Source: Sulfuritalea sp.
GTDB lineage: Bacteria; Pseudomonadota; Gammaproteobacteria; Burkholderiales; Rhodocyclaceae
Direction: 5' to 3'
DNA: 50,072 nucleotides
Assembly: GCA_044344235.1 (NCBI GenBank)
Contig: JBIJDI010000001.1
Location: 1-50,072, forward strand
Shown here: piece after piece, positions 23,246-32,454 of the stretch
Layout: each line of letters begins with the position of its first letter
Position numbering within the stretch: the stretch's first letter is position 1
Notes under the pieces: model-generated
Databases searched by the model: none
What the model saw: only the letters and a program-made list of their open reading frames with translations
Told to the model about the DNA's origin: nothing
Made by a program: the position numbers and the translations under genes

Positions 23246-23862
23246 ACACTACACAGTACTCGCTTCTCGCGGCCGCCATGGTCACCCTGGTTGCCGCCAT
23301 GCCTGTTGCCTACGCCGACGGCGACCACCGCGCCAAGGCCCTGTCCATGATGAAGATGGATTTCGTCAGCAAGGGCCAGGCCAAGGCCGACCGAATTTCG
23401 GAAGACGGCCTGCAGGCAATCTGCAATCGCACCGGTAACAAGCCGCCCGAGTACCTCGCCAAGCAGATGGAAGCCGACCAACTGGCCGGCGTCAAATACC
23501 CGGCCGACGGCAAGTTGCTGGGCGACTGGAAGGAAGGTGAGAAGATAGCCCAGTCCGGACGCGGTTTCACCTGGTCTGACAATCCCGGCCTGCCGGTCGG
23601 CGGCAACTGCTACAACTGCCACCAGATAGCACCCAGGGAGACTTCCTTCGGCACGGTAGGCCCCACATTGTTTAATTTTGGCAAACTGCGCGGCAACACG
23701 GCGGACATGCAGAAATATGCCTACAGCAAGATCTACAACGCCAAGGCACACAACCTCTGTTCCGAGATGCCGCGCTTCGGCCATATCGGCGCGCTGAAGG
23801 AACAGCAGATCAAGGACCTGGTCGCGCTGTTGCTCGATCCCGAATCCCCGGTCAACAAGTAA
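23242..23862 (+). CDS. soxX: Sulfur oxidation c-type cytochrome SoxX
   Basis: Signal peptide; GGNCYNCH heme motif, GTVGP, MPRFG, LLLDPESPVNK. Confidence 0.95.
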   Translation: MNTTQYSLLAAAMVTLVAAMPVAYADGDHRAKALSMMKMDFVSKGQAKADRISEDGLQAICNRTGNKPPEYLAKQMEADQLAGVKYPADGKLLGDWKEGEKIAQSGRGFTWSDNPGLPVGGNCYNCHQIAPRETSFGTVGPTLFNFGKLRGNTADMQKYAYSKIYNAKAHNLCSEMPRFGHIGALKEQQIKDLVALLLDPESPVNK

Positions 23863-23875
23863 ACGCATCTCTCCC

Positions 23876-23903
23876 AAAAGCCTGGCCTCGGCCAGGCTTT
23901 TTT
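23876..23903 (+). terminator. Rho-independent terminator after soxX (could be bidirectional)
   Basis: AAAAGCCTGGCC-TC-GGCCAGGCTTTTTT. Confidence 0.85.
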
Positions 23904-23962
23904 ATGTCTCCGCTGGAAACGGGGACGGTATCCCCTGGTGGGATTGTCCTGAGGAACCTGTC

Positions 23963-25681
23963 ATGTCTTCCATGAATCGCCGCGAATTCCTGCAAGTCCT
24001 GGCCGCTGCTTCCGCCGCCGGATTCGCACTCGATGCCCGCTCGGTATGGGCTGCCGGAAAAGGCGACAGCCTTTACGAACTGAAGAAATTCGGCAATGTG
24101 CATCTGCTGCATTTCACCGATTGCCATGCCCAGCTGCTGCCCATTCATTTCCGCGAGCCGAGCGTAAACATGGGTATTGGCGGCGCACTGGGCAAGGCGC
24201 CCCACCTGGTCGGCGAGCATCTGCTCAAGGCCTTCGGCATCAAACCCGGCAGCATCGAAGCCCATGCCTTTACCTATCTGAACTTCGAAAAAGCGGCAAA
24301 AACCTACGGCAAGATCGGCGGCTTCGCGCATCTCGCCACGCTGGTCAAGCGCCTGCGCGCCGAGCGTCCGAACGCCCTGCTGCTTGACGGCGGCGACACC
24401 TGGCAGGGCTCCGCCACCGCCTTGTGGACCCGCGGCCAGGACATGGTCGACGCCTGCAAACTACTCGGCGTGGATGTCATGGCCGGCCACTGGGAATTCA
24501 CCCTGGGCGACAAGCGGGTGCTGGAAATCGTCGAGAAGGACTTCAAGGGCAAGATCGATTTTGTCGCCCAGAACATCAAGACCAGCGACTTCGGCGACAA
24601 GGTATTCGAGCCCTACAGCCTGCGCGAAATGAACGGGGTCAAGGTGGCCGTGATCGGCCAGGCCTTTCCCTACACGCCGATCGCCAACCCACGCTGGATG
24701 ATCCCGGACTGGACCTTCGGCATCCAGGACGAGAACATGCAAAAGACGGTTGACGAGGCTCGCACCAAGGGTGCGCAGGTCGTCGTCGTCCTCTCGCACA
24801 ACGGCATGGACGTTGACCTGAAAATGGCCACCCGAGTCACCGGCATCGACGCCATCATGGGTGGCCACACCCACGACGGCGTGCCGCGGCCGGTGATCGT
24901 CAAGAACGGCGGCGGCCAGACACTGGTCACCAATGCCGGATCGAACGGCAAGTTCCTCGGCGTGCTCGACTTCGACGTGCGCGGCGGGAAGGTTCAGGAC
25001 TTCCGCTACAAGCTGCTGCCGGTCTTTTCCAACCTGCTGCCGGCCGACGCCGAAATGACGGCGCTGATCGAAAAAGTGCGGGCGCCCTATAAAGACAAGT
25101 TGAACGAGAAGCTGGCGGTCTCCGAAGGCATGCTCTACCGGCGCGGCAACTTCAACGGCAGCTGGGACCAGTTGATCCTCGACGCCATCATGGAAGTGCA
25201 AGGCGCCGACATCGGCTTTTCACCAGGCTTCCGCTGGGGCACCACGATCCTGCCCGGACAAGCCATCACCTTCGAACACCTGATGGACCAGACCGCGATC
25301 ACTTACCCGAGTGCGACGCTGAACGAAATGAGCGGCGAGCAGATCAAGACCATTCTCGAGGACGTAGGCGACAACCTGTTCAATCCCGACCCCTACTATC
25401 AGCAGGGCGGAGACATGGTGCGTGTCGGCGGCCTGCAATACACCTGCGCGCCGGACGCGAAGATGGGCAGCCGCATCACCGACATGCGCCTGAATGGCAA
25501 AATTGTCGAAGCCGACAAGAAGTACAAGGTCGCCGGCTGGGCGCCGGTGGCCGAGGGCGCCAAGGGCGAGCCGGTATGGGACGTCGTGGCGCGCTACCTG
25601 CGTGACAAGAAAACCATTGCGCCGCGCAAGCTCAACCAGCCCAGGCTGCTGGGCATGAAGGGCAACCCCGGCGTCGCCTAG
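23963..25681 (+). CDS. soxB: Thiosulfohydrolase SoxB
   Basis: Tat signal MNRREFL; HFTDCHAQL, DGGDTWQG, GGHTHD, NPDPYYQQGGDMVR. Confidence 0.98.
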   Translation: MSSMNRREFLQVLAAASAAGFALDARSVWAAGKGDSLYELKKFGNVHLLHFTDCHAQLLPIHFREPSVNMGIGGALGKAPHLVGEHLLKAFGIKPGSIEAHAFTYLNFEKAAKTYGKIGGFAHLATLVKRLRAERPNALLLDGGDTWQGSATALWTRGQDMVDACKLLGVDVMAGHWEFTLGDKRVLEIVEKDFKGKIDFVAQNIKTSDFGDKVFEPYSLREMNGVKVAVIGQAFPYTPIANPRWMIPDWTFGIQDENMQKTVDEARTKGAQVVVVLSHNGMDVDLKMATRVTGIDAIMGGHTHDGVPRPVIVKNGGGQTLVTNAGSNGKFLGVLDFDVRGGKVQDFRYKLLPVFSNLLPADAEMTALIEKVRAPYKDKLNEKLAVSEGMLYRRGNFNGSWDQLILDAIMEVQGADIGFSPGFRWGTTILPGQAITFEHLMDQTAITYPSATLNEMSGEQIKTILEDVGDNLFNPDPYYQQGGDMVRVGGLQYTCAPDAKMGSRITDMRLNGKIVEADKKYKVAGWAPVAEGAKGEPVWDVVARYLRDKKTIAPRKLNQPRLLGMKGNPGVA

Positions 25682-25687
25682 TTCCCG

Positions 25688-25737
25688 TTTACATCCGCTT
25701 ACATGCCGCATGGAAGGGATCGTCTAGAATCGCCTCC
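25688..25737 (+). promoter_or_regulatory. Putative macAB-like promoter: CpxR/OmpR-type direct repeat plus -10 box
   Basis: TTTAC-atccg-CTTAC (25688-25702); TAGAAT (25725-25730) 7 nt before ATG 25738; no SD. Confidence 0.5.
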
Positions 25738-27279
25738 ATGAAAACCTCATCCCGTCTCGGGCTGGCGCTGCTGGCCCTGATCATTCTGGCCGCCGGCGGT
25801 TATGCGGCGTGGCGATACTTCGGAACCGCGAACGACTCGCCGAAATTCAAACTGTCCAAGGCTGAAAGCGGTCCGCTCACCGCTGTGGTTTCGGCCACCG
25901 GCACATTGAATCCGGTGGTTTCGGTACAAGTCGGTTCGCAGGTTTCGGGGCAGATCAAGGAAATCCTGGTCGACTTCAACTCGCCGGTGAAGGAAAACCA
26001 GCTGATCGCCCGCATCGACCCGGAAACCTTCCAGTACCGGTTGCGGCAGGCGGAGGCCGACGTCGAAGCCGCCCGCGCCGCGCTGGGGGTGCAGCAGGCT
26101 GAAGTGCTGCGCGCCAAGGCCAACCTGGCCGAATTCGAACGCGACTTCGAACGCAAGAAACTCCTGGTGGAAAAGAACTTCATTTCCGCCGCCGAACGCG
26201 AGAAGGCGCAAAGCGTTCTTGACGCCGGACGTGCCGCCTTACAGGTGACTCAATCGCAAGCCAAAAACAGTGAAGCTCAGGTACGCCAGCGCGAGGCGCA
26301 GCAGGCGCAGGCCCGCATCGATCTCGAACGCACGGCTATCAAGGCGCCCGTCGACGGCATCGTCGTCAAGCGCAGCATCGAGCCGGGGCAGACAGTCGCT
26401 GCCAGCCTCCAGTCACCCGAGTTGTTCATCATTGCAAAGAACCTGACCGACATGCAGGTCGAGACATCGATTGACGAAGCCGATGTCGGGCGCATCCGCA
26501 CCGGGCAAATGGCCAGCTTTACAGTCGACGCCTTTGCCGGCCGCTCGTTCTCCGGAGAGGTCAAGCAGGTGCGGAAGGCGGCCACCGTGGTCTCCAACGT
26601 CGTCACGTATACGGTCGTGGTTTCTGCTGCGAATCCCGAGCTCATCCTGCTTCCCGGCATGACGGCCAATGTCCGCATCGTCACGGCAACAAAGGAAAAG
26701 GCCCTCAAGGTGCCGAATGCCGCGTTGCGCTTCCGCCCGTCCGGTGCTGCCGACGAAAAGAAGGCTGTTGCCGCCGTATCGCCAGCGCCGACTTCTGCAG
26801 GTGGCGGCACCGGAGGCGGGGGTGGCGGGTTTGCCCAACTCCGCGAGCGCCTGGTTGCCGAACTCAAGCTCGATACGGATCAGCAAGGCAAGCTCGACGC
26901 CATATTCGACGGCATGCGGGACAAGTTCAAGGCCGCCCGCGACCTGCCCGATGCCGAAAAGACCAAGGCCCAGGAACGCAATCGTGCGGAGATCCGCGAG
27001 AAGGTCGCGGCCATTCTCAATCCCGACCAGAAGAAGCGCTACGACGAGATGGCCAGCGAAGCCCAGGCCGTGCGAGCCGGTGGCGGCGGTGGCAGCGGAC
27101 GCGTCTGGATCATCGGCGAAGAGGGCAAGCCGAAATCGATCGATGTTCGTCTCGGCCTCACCGATGGCAGCATGACGGAAATCGTCTCCGGAGACATCAA
27201 GGAAGGCACCGAAGTGATTGCCGGCCAGCAGACCGCGAGCGCCAAGCCTTCGGGCATGCCCGGCCCGCGACTGTTCTGA
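25738..27279 (+). CDS. MacA-like periplasmic adaptor (membrane fusion protein) with extra helical insertion
   Basis: N-terminal TM; VGSQVSGQI lipoyl motif, alpha hairpin, IKAPVDG, IDEADVG, LLPGMTANV, VPNAALRFRP. Confidence 0.92.
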   Translation: MKTSSRLGLALLALIILAAGGYAAWRYFGTANDSPKFKLSKAESGPLTAVVSATGTLNPVVSVQVGSQVSGQIKEILVDFNSPVKENQLIARIDPETFQYRLRQAEADVEAARAALGVQQAEVLRAKANLAEFERDFERKKLLVEKNFISAAEREKAQSVLDAGRAALQVTQSQAKNSEAQVRQREAQQAQARIDLERTAIKAPVDGIVVKRSIEPGQTVAASLQSPELFIIAKNLTDMQVETSIDEADVGRIRTGQMASFTVDAFAGRSFSGEVKQVRKAATVVSNVVTYTVVVSAANPELILLPGMTANVRIVTATKEKALKVPNAALRFRPSGAADEKKAVAAVSPAPTSAGGGTGGGGGGFAQLRERLVAELKLDTDQQGKLDAIFDGMRDKFKAARDLPDAEKTKAQERNRAEIREKVAAILNPDQKKRYDEMASEAQAVRAGGGGGSGRVWIIGEEGKPKSIDVRLGLTDGSMTEIVSGDIKEGTEVIAGQQTASAKPSGMPGPRLF

Positions 27280-27288
27280 TCGCTCTCC

Positions 27289-28005
27289 ATGGCGGAAGCA
27301 CTGATCCGGGTTGAGGAGCTCGCCAAGGAGTACCGCATGGGCAGCAATGTGGTGCCCGCCCTGTGCGGCGTCAGCCTCGAAATCGCGGCCGGAGAGTTTG
27401 TCGCGGTCATGGGGCCGTCCGGTTCGGGAAAATCCACTTTCATGAATCTGCTGGGCTGCCTGGACTATCCCAGTGGCGGTCGCTACTGGCTGAGCGGACA
27501 GGAAGTCTCGCAGCTCTCCGGCGACGAACTGGCCCGCGTACGCAATCGCAAACTCGGCTTTGTCTTCCAGCACTTCAACCTGCTGGCCCGCACCTCGGCG
27601 CTGGACAATGTCGCCCTGCCCCTGCTCTACAGCGAAATGCCGTCGCATGAACGCAAACAGCATGCCGAACAGCGCCTGGCCCAGGTCGGCCTGGGCGAGC
27701 GCATGGATCATCATCCGGCGCAACTCTCGGGTGGCCAGCAACAGCGGGTAGCGATCGCCCGCGCGCTGGTCAATGATCCGCAACTGGTGCTGGCCGATGA
27801 GCCCACCGGCGCCCTCGATTCGCGCACCAGCGTCGAGATCATGGCCCTGCTGCAACAGCTGAATCGCGAAGGCATCACGATTGTCCTGGTGACCCACGAG
27901 CACGACGTCGCACATTTCGCCGGTCGCATCATCAGCTTCCGCGACGGCAGGATCATCGAAGACAAACCCAACGTCGCCAACGACGCCGCGGCACTGCTCA
28001 GATGA
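27289..28005 (+). CDS. MacB/LolD-type ABC ATP-binding protein
   Basis: GPSGSGKST Walker A, LSGGQQQRV signature, ADEPTGALD. Confidence 0.95.
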   Translation: MAEALIRVEELAKEYRMGSNVVPALCGVSLEIAAGEFVAVMGPSGSGKSTFMNLLGCLDYPSGGRYWLSGQEVSQLSGDELARVRNRKLGFVFQHFNLLARTSALDNVALPLLYSEMPSHERKQHAEQRLAQVGLGERMDHHPAQLSGGQQQRVAIARALVNDPQLVLADEPTGALDSRTSVEIMALLQQLNREGITIVLVTHEHDVAHFAGRIISFRDGRIIEDKPNVANDAAALLR

Positions 28006-29234
28006 ACTTCACCGCGACGCTGAGAATCGCCTTGCTTGCCCTGCGCGTCAACAAAATGCGCTCGGCGCTGACCATGCTCGGTATCATCATCGGCGTCGCC
28101 GCGGTAATCGTCATGATCGCCGTCGGCGGCGGTGCGCAGGCGCGTGTCGAAGACCAGATCCGCAGCCTCGGCTCCAACATCATCATGGTGTTATCGGGCT
28201 CGATGACCTCGGGCGGCGCGCGCGGCGGCACCGGCTCGCAGCCGACGATTTTCGAGGACGACGCCTACGCCATCGGTCGCGAGATCGAGGAAATCCAGGC
28301 GGCGGCACCCACCCTGCGTGGCACCGGCCAGGTCGTAGTGGGCAACGCCAACTGGTCCACTGTCTTCTACGGCATTACCCCCGATTATCTGGAAGTTCGC
28401 GAATGGGCCGTTGTCGAAGGCCGCGGTTTCGAACCGGCCGAAATGAACGGCGCCGGCAAGGTGGTGCTGATCGGTCAGACCGTGGCGAAGAACCTGTTCG
28501 GTGACGCCAGCCCGCTGGACCAGGTGATCCGGGTGCGCAAGGTGCCGCTGACCGTGATCGGAGTGCTCGACCGGAAGGGCCAGAGCATGATGGGGCAGGA
28601 CCAGGACGACATTCTGCTCATGCCGATCAGCACCGCCCGCAAGCGCGTGCTGGGCGCTGCGCTCGCCAAGTCGCGCAGCGTTGGCTCGATCATGGTCAAG
28701 GTGCGCCAGGGCGCCGACATGAGCGATGCCGACCAGCGCATGCGCGAGTTGCTGCGTCAGCGTCATCGCCTGCAGCCCGGGCAGGATGACGACTTTTTCG
28801 TACGCAACCTGTCGGAGATTCTTCAGGCGCAGGAGGCCTCGTCGAAAGTCATGACACTGCTGCTGGCGGCGGTAGCCTCGGTTTCGCTGCTGGTCGGCGG
28901 AATCGGCATCATGAACATCATGCTGGTCTCGGTCACCGAGCGCACGCGCGAGATCGGCCTGCGCATGGCGGTCGGCGCGCGCTCCGGGGACATCCTGAAC
29001 CAATTTCTGGTGGAGGCGGTCACGCTGTCCCTGATCGGTGGCGCCATCGGCATCCTGTTAGGGGTAAGCGGGGCGATGCTGATTGCTGAGCTCGCAGGAT
29101 GGCGCACCGAACTCTCCGGCAGCTCGATCGTACTCGCGGCGGGGTTTGCCGGCGCCGTCGGCGTCTTCTTCGGATACTACCCGGCCAAAAAGGCCTCGCG
29201 CCTACTACCCATCGAAGCGCTGCGCTACGAATAG
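28002..29234 (+). CDS. MacB/FtsX-type ABC permease
   Basis: RSALTMLGIIIG, GGIGIMNIMLVSVTERTREIG, PIEALRYE; ATGA overlap. Confidence 0.95.
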   Translation: MNFTATLRIALLALRVNKMRSALTMLGIIIGVAAVIVMIAVGGGAQARVEDQIRSLGSNIIMVLSGSMTSGGARGGTGSQPTIFEDDAYAIGREIEEIQAAAPTLRGTGQVVVGNANWSTVFYGITPDYLEVREWAVVEGRGFEPAEMNGAGKVVLIGQTVAKNLFGDASPLDQVIRVRKVPLTVIGVLDRKGQSMMGQDQDDILLMPISTARKRVLGAALAKSRSVGSIMVKVRQGADMSDADQRMRELLRQRHRLQPGQDDDFFVRNLSEILQAQEASSKVMTLLLAAVASVSLLVGGIGIMNIMLVSVTERTREIGLRMAVGARSGDILNQFLVEAVTLSLIGGAIGILLGVSGAMLIAELAGWRTELSGSSIVLAAGFAGAVGVFFGYYPAKKASRLLPIEALRYE

Positions 29235-29236
29235 CC

Positions 29237-30748
29237 ATGGCCGAAGAAGTCGAACTCAAACTGGCTCTCGCAGAAAGTCACCAGTCGCGCTTCCTGCGCC
29301 ACCCCTTGCTGAAACAGGCCGTCGAGCGTCATGCTGATGCGCTTGACAACATTTACTACGACACGGCGGACCTTGCCTTGCGTCGCAGGGGTATCTCCCT
29401 GCGTCTGCGCCGAAAGGGCCGCGACTGGCTGCAGACCGTAAAGCTGGCGGGTAGTTCTACCGGCGGTCTCTCCAGCCGACCCGAGTGGGAGACGCCTTAC
29501 ACAGGGCATTTCGACTTCTCCCTCGTTGACCAGTCTGCCGTTCGCGAATGGCTGCAACGACCGAAGTTGCTGGCTCGCATCGTCCCCATCTGCGAAACAC
29601 GTTTTCGCCGCATTACATGGAAATTCCCCGCGGCGCCCGGTGCCGTGCTGCTGACCCTGGATCGCGGCTGGATCATCGCCAACGGACGTCGCGAAGCCAT
29701 CTCTGAAGTGGAACTGGAGCTTGCTGAAGCGCCGGTACATGCCATTTTCGCGCTTGCCACGCAACTTGCCCAACGGGTGATGCTGACGCCATCGGTATTG
29801 TCCAAGGCAGAGCGCGGTTATCGCTTGCACACTGGCGCACCGTCGGTGCCCTTCAAGGCCGGAACCGTGCCGCTGTTGGCGGCAATGCCGCCCTTCGAAG
29901 CCTTCCGCCGGATTGCGCTGGCCTGCCTCGAACACCTGCAGCAGAACCATGCCGGGGCACTCTCCAGCGACGACCCGGAATACATCCACCAGATGCGCGT
30001 TGCCGCGCGCCGGCTGCGCGCTGCCCTGCGGCTTTTCGCGCCGGTGCTGCCGGATGGTTTTGCCGAGCCGCTGCGTGTGCCACTGTCCGCCTTGATGCAA
30101 CAACTTGGACGCGCGCGCGACCTCGATGTGCTGCTCGCAGAAATCACCGATCCGGTACTGGCTGCGCTGCCCAACGAACCGCGGCTGCCTGCGCTGGCCA
30201 GCGACATTACCAACCGCCGCTATGCGGCGCGAGCGTCGGCGATTGCCATGCTCGCCGCTCCGGACTATGGGCGCATGTTGCTGACCGCGCTCGAATCGCT
30301 GAACGCCAAGCCGGCTGCCGAACCGGCAACAGTCGTGCTGCAGAGCTTCGCCGCCGAGCGCCTGAAACGCCTGCGCAACAAGGTACGGCGACTGGCGGCG
30401 GCCGCGCGCATTGACGATCCGGAGTCGCTGCACGCGCTGCGTATCGACGTCAAACGCCTGCGCTATGCGCTGGAGTTTTTTTCGCCCCTGACCCCGGAGC
30501 GTGCCTCGCGCCGGGTCCTGAAGCAACTCGCCGCGTTACAGGACACGCTGGGCCAACTCAACGACCTGTCCAGCGCCGGAGCCATGCTGATGGATTGCGC
30601 CGGCGACGACCCTCGGCTGCGCGAGGCAGTGACGCTGATCGGCGGGTGGCACGGGCCTCACTACGCAAGCCTCCAGGCACGCGTCTCGCACGAACTGGTC
30701 GGACTGCCGCGGCTGCGCCTGCCAAAGTTGGTCCGCACCGTCGGGTAA
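29237..30748 (+). CDS. CYTH and CHAD domain protein (inorganic triphosphatase-like)
   Basis: EVELKL (ExExK), YYDT, EVELEL, SKAERGY; CHAD motifs HQMRVAARRLR and HALRIDVKRLRY; start corrected from 29099. Confidence 0.92.
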   Translation: MAEEVELKLALAESHQSRFLRHPLLKQAVERHADALDNIYYDTADLALRRRGISLRLRRKGRDWLQTVKLAGSSTGGLSSRPEWETPYTGHFDFSLVDQSAVREWLQRPKLLARIVPICETRFRRITWKFPAAPGAVLLTLDRGWIIANGRREAISEVELELAEAPVHAIFALATQLAQRVMLTPSVLSKAERGYRLHTGAPSVPFKAGTVPLLAAMPPFEAFRRIALACLEHLQQNHAGALSSDDPEYIHQMRVAARRLRAALRLFAPVLPDGFAEPLRVPLSALMQQLGRARDLDVLLAEITDPVLAALPNEPRLPALASDITNRRYAARASAIAMLAAPDYGRMLLTALESLNAKPAAEPATVVLQSFAAERLKRLRNKVRRLAAAARIDDPESLHALRIDVKRLRYALEFFSPLTPERASRRVLKQLAALQDTLGQLNDLSSAGAMLMDCAGDDPRLREAVTLIGGWHGPHYASLQARVSHELVGLPRLRLPKLVRTVG

Positions 30749-30801
30749 TGCTCCTGTAACGCCCGCGGCTCAGCCTTGCACCCACTACTGGAGGAGCAAC
30801 C

Positions 30802-31263
30802 ATGGACTTGATTCTCTGGCGCCATGCCGAGGCCGAAGACGGCGAAGCCGCCACCCCGGATCACAAGCGCCGCCTGACCGCGCGCGGAGAGATACAGGCA
30901 AAGCAAGTCGCGCGCTGGCTGCGCCAGCATTTGCCGCGGAAGCGCAGGATCCTCGTCAGCCCTGCCGAACGCACCCAGCAAACAGCGCACGCGCTCGAAT
31001 TGCCTTACGAGATCGAGCCCCATTTGGGCACGGGTGCCTCGGCGAAGGAGGCGCTGACAGTGGCTGGATGGCCGGACCAGAGCGGCACTGTCGTGATCAT
31101 CGGACATCAACCGACCCTGGGCCGTATTGCCGCACTCCTGCTTGGCGGACAGGAGGCGGACTGGGCGATCAAGAAAGGCGGCGTCTGGTGGTTTTCCAGC
31201 CGCGTGCGCAACGATGAACCGCAAACCGTGCTGCGCGCCGTCTTGAACCCCGATTTCGCCTGA
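30802..31263 (+). CDS. sixA: SixA-type phosphohistidine phosphatase
   Basis: LWRHAEA, SP..R..QTA, GHQPTL; SD GGAGGAG. Confidence 0.88.
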   Translation: MDLILWRHAEAEDGEAATPDHKRRLTARGEIQAKQVARWLRQHLPRKRRILVSPAERTQQTAHALELPYEIEPHLGTGASAKEALTVAGWPDQSGTVVIIGHQPTLGRIAALLLGGQEADWAIKKGGVWWFSSRVRNDEPQTVLRAVLNPDFA

Positions 31264-31331
31264 GTCCCGCAAAGCGGTCGACTTCATGCCTAACCCATAA
31301 CTATTACTATTGCGGAAACCGCCGACTTTTG

Positions 31332-31350
31332 ATAATTTAGGTATCGATAT
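31332..31350. promoter_or_regulatory. AT-rich imperfect palindrome upstream of MarR gene (possible autoregulatory operator)
   Basis: ATAATTTAGGTATCGATAT in a locally AT-rich island 35 bp upstream of the ATG. Confidence 0.3.
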
Positions 31351-31385
31351 TTCCAGATTGCCTCACCAACCAGAGCCGCGCCCAA

Positions 31386-31886
31386 ATGTCCAAGAAAACC
31401 GTTTCTGCCACTTCCGACACCGAAACGCGCGCCACCTCGGAGCATGCGCCCGACCTCCGGCTGTGGCTGCGCACGCTGGCCTGCACCAATCTGATCGAAA
31501 ACCACATCCGCTCGCGCTTGCGCGCCGAGTTCGACATCACGCTGCCCCGTTTCGATCTCATGGCCCAGCTGGAACGCTCGCCGCAGGGACTCAAAATGGG
31601 CGAACTGTCGAAACGCATGATGGTTACCGGCGGCAACGTGACCGGGATTACCGATCAGCTGGTTGCCGAAGGACTGGTTGTCCGCGAAGACAGCCCCAAG
31701 GATCGACGTGCCTACATCGTCAAGCTAACGCCGGAAGGCCGCCGCAGCTTCCGTAAAATGGCCGAAGCTCATGAAAAGTGGGTGGTTGAGCTCTTCGTCG
31801 GCATGGACGAAAAACAGCGTGGTCAGCTCTACGAATTGCTCGCCGTCCTGAAAGCCAGCGCCGCAACGGCTGCCGGGAAAAAATAG
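31386..31886 (+). CDS. MarR family transcriptional regulator
   Basis: LRLWLR, TLPRFDLMAQL, MVTGGNVTG, DRRA...LTPEG winged helix. Confidence 0.93.
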   Translation: MSKKTVSATSDTETRATSEHAPDLRLWLRTLACTNLIENHIRSRLRAEFDITLPRFDLMAQLERSPQGLKMGELSKRMMVTGGNVTGITDQLVAEGLVVREDSPKDRRAYIVKLTPEGRRSFRKMAEAHEKWVVELFVGMDEKQRGQLYELLAVLKASAATAAGKK

Positions 31887-31958
31887 ACGGCCCCGTACAC
31901 CGGTGATTCTGTGAAGTTCTGCCGTAGAATCTGTTCAGCATTCATCGCCCACACGAAC

Positions 31959-32426
31959 ATGAAACTCCGCTACGGTCTGATCCTGATTTTTCTGGCACCC
32001 TTGCTCGCCGGCTGCGAGCAACTCGGGTTCGAAGACCCTGCTGCTGAGAAGGCGCGTGAGGAAGCTGAAGGCAAAGCCATCGGCAGCGGTTGTAGGCAAA
32101 CCGGCCGGGTCCTGGAGGACTGCTACCAGAACAATCGCAAGGCGCCCAAGGCCGCGATTTTTTCCGGCTGGCGCGAGATGGATGCCTACATGCGTGAAAA
32201 CAAGATCGAGGAAATAAAGCCCGAGTCTGCCGCAACGGCACCCGCCGCAACTTCGCCTGCTAAAAATGATACGGCGCCGAAGCCCGCGCAGGAAGCAGCG
32301 TCCCCCTCGCCGCAAAAAGGCGAAGCCGCAGCGGCCAAACCGGCAGCGGAAGCCAAACCAGCCGCTGAATCCAAGCCGGTCGAAGCCGCGCCAGCAAAAA
32401 AACCCCGCCCCGCGCTCGCGCGATAA
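31959..32426 (+). CDS. Conserved hypothetical lipoprotein with Ala/Pro/Lys-rich tail
   Basis: Lipobox LLAGC; AIGSGCRQTGRVLEDCY and GWREMDAYMREN motifs; start corrected from 31911. Confidence 0.8.
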   Translation: MKLRYGLILIFLAPLLAGCEQLGFEDPAAEKAREEAEGKAIGSGCRQTGRVLEDCYQNNRKAPKAAIFSGWREMDAYMRENKIEEIKPESAATAPAATSPAKNDTAPKPAQEAASPSPQKGEAAAAKPAAEAKPAAESKPVEAAPAKKPRPALAR

Positions 32427-32454
32427 GCGCCTAGTTCCTGCGGCAGCCGATTCG

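Noticed and set aside
23904-23975. 23-aa ORF between the soxX terminator and soxB ending in an ATGA overlap
   Set aside because: No SD, not adjacent to an upstream stop, no repeat core, and soxB has its own SD. It shows that such ORFs can arise by chance.
32220-32426. Low-complexity Ala/Pro/Lys repeats in the lipoprotein tail
   Set aside because: Ordinary disordered tail; no exact DNA repeat unit.
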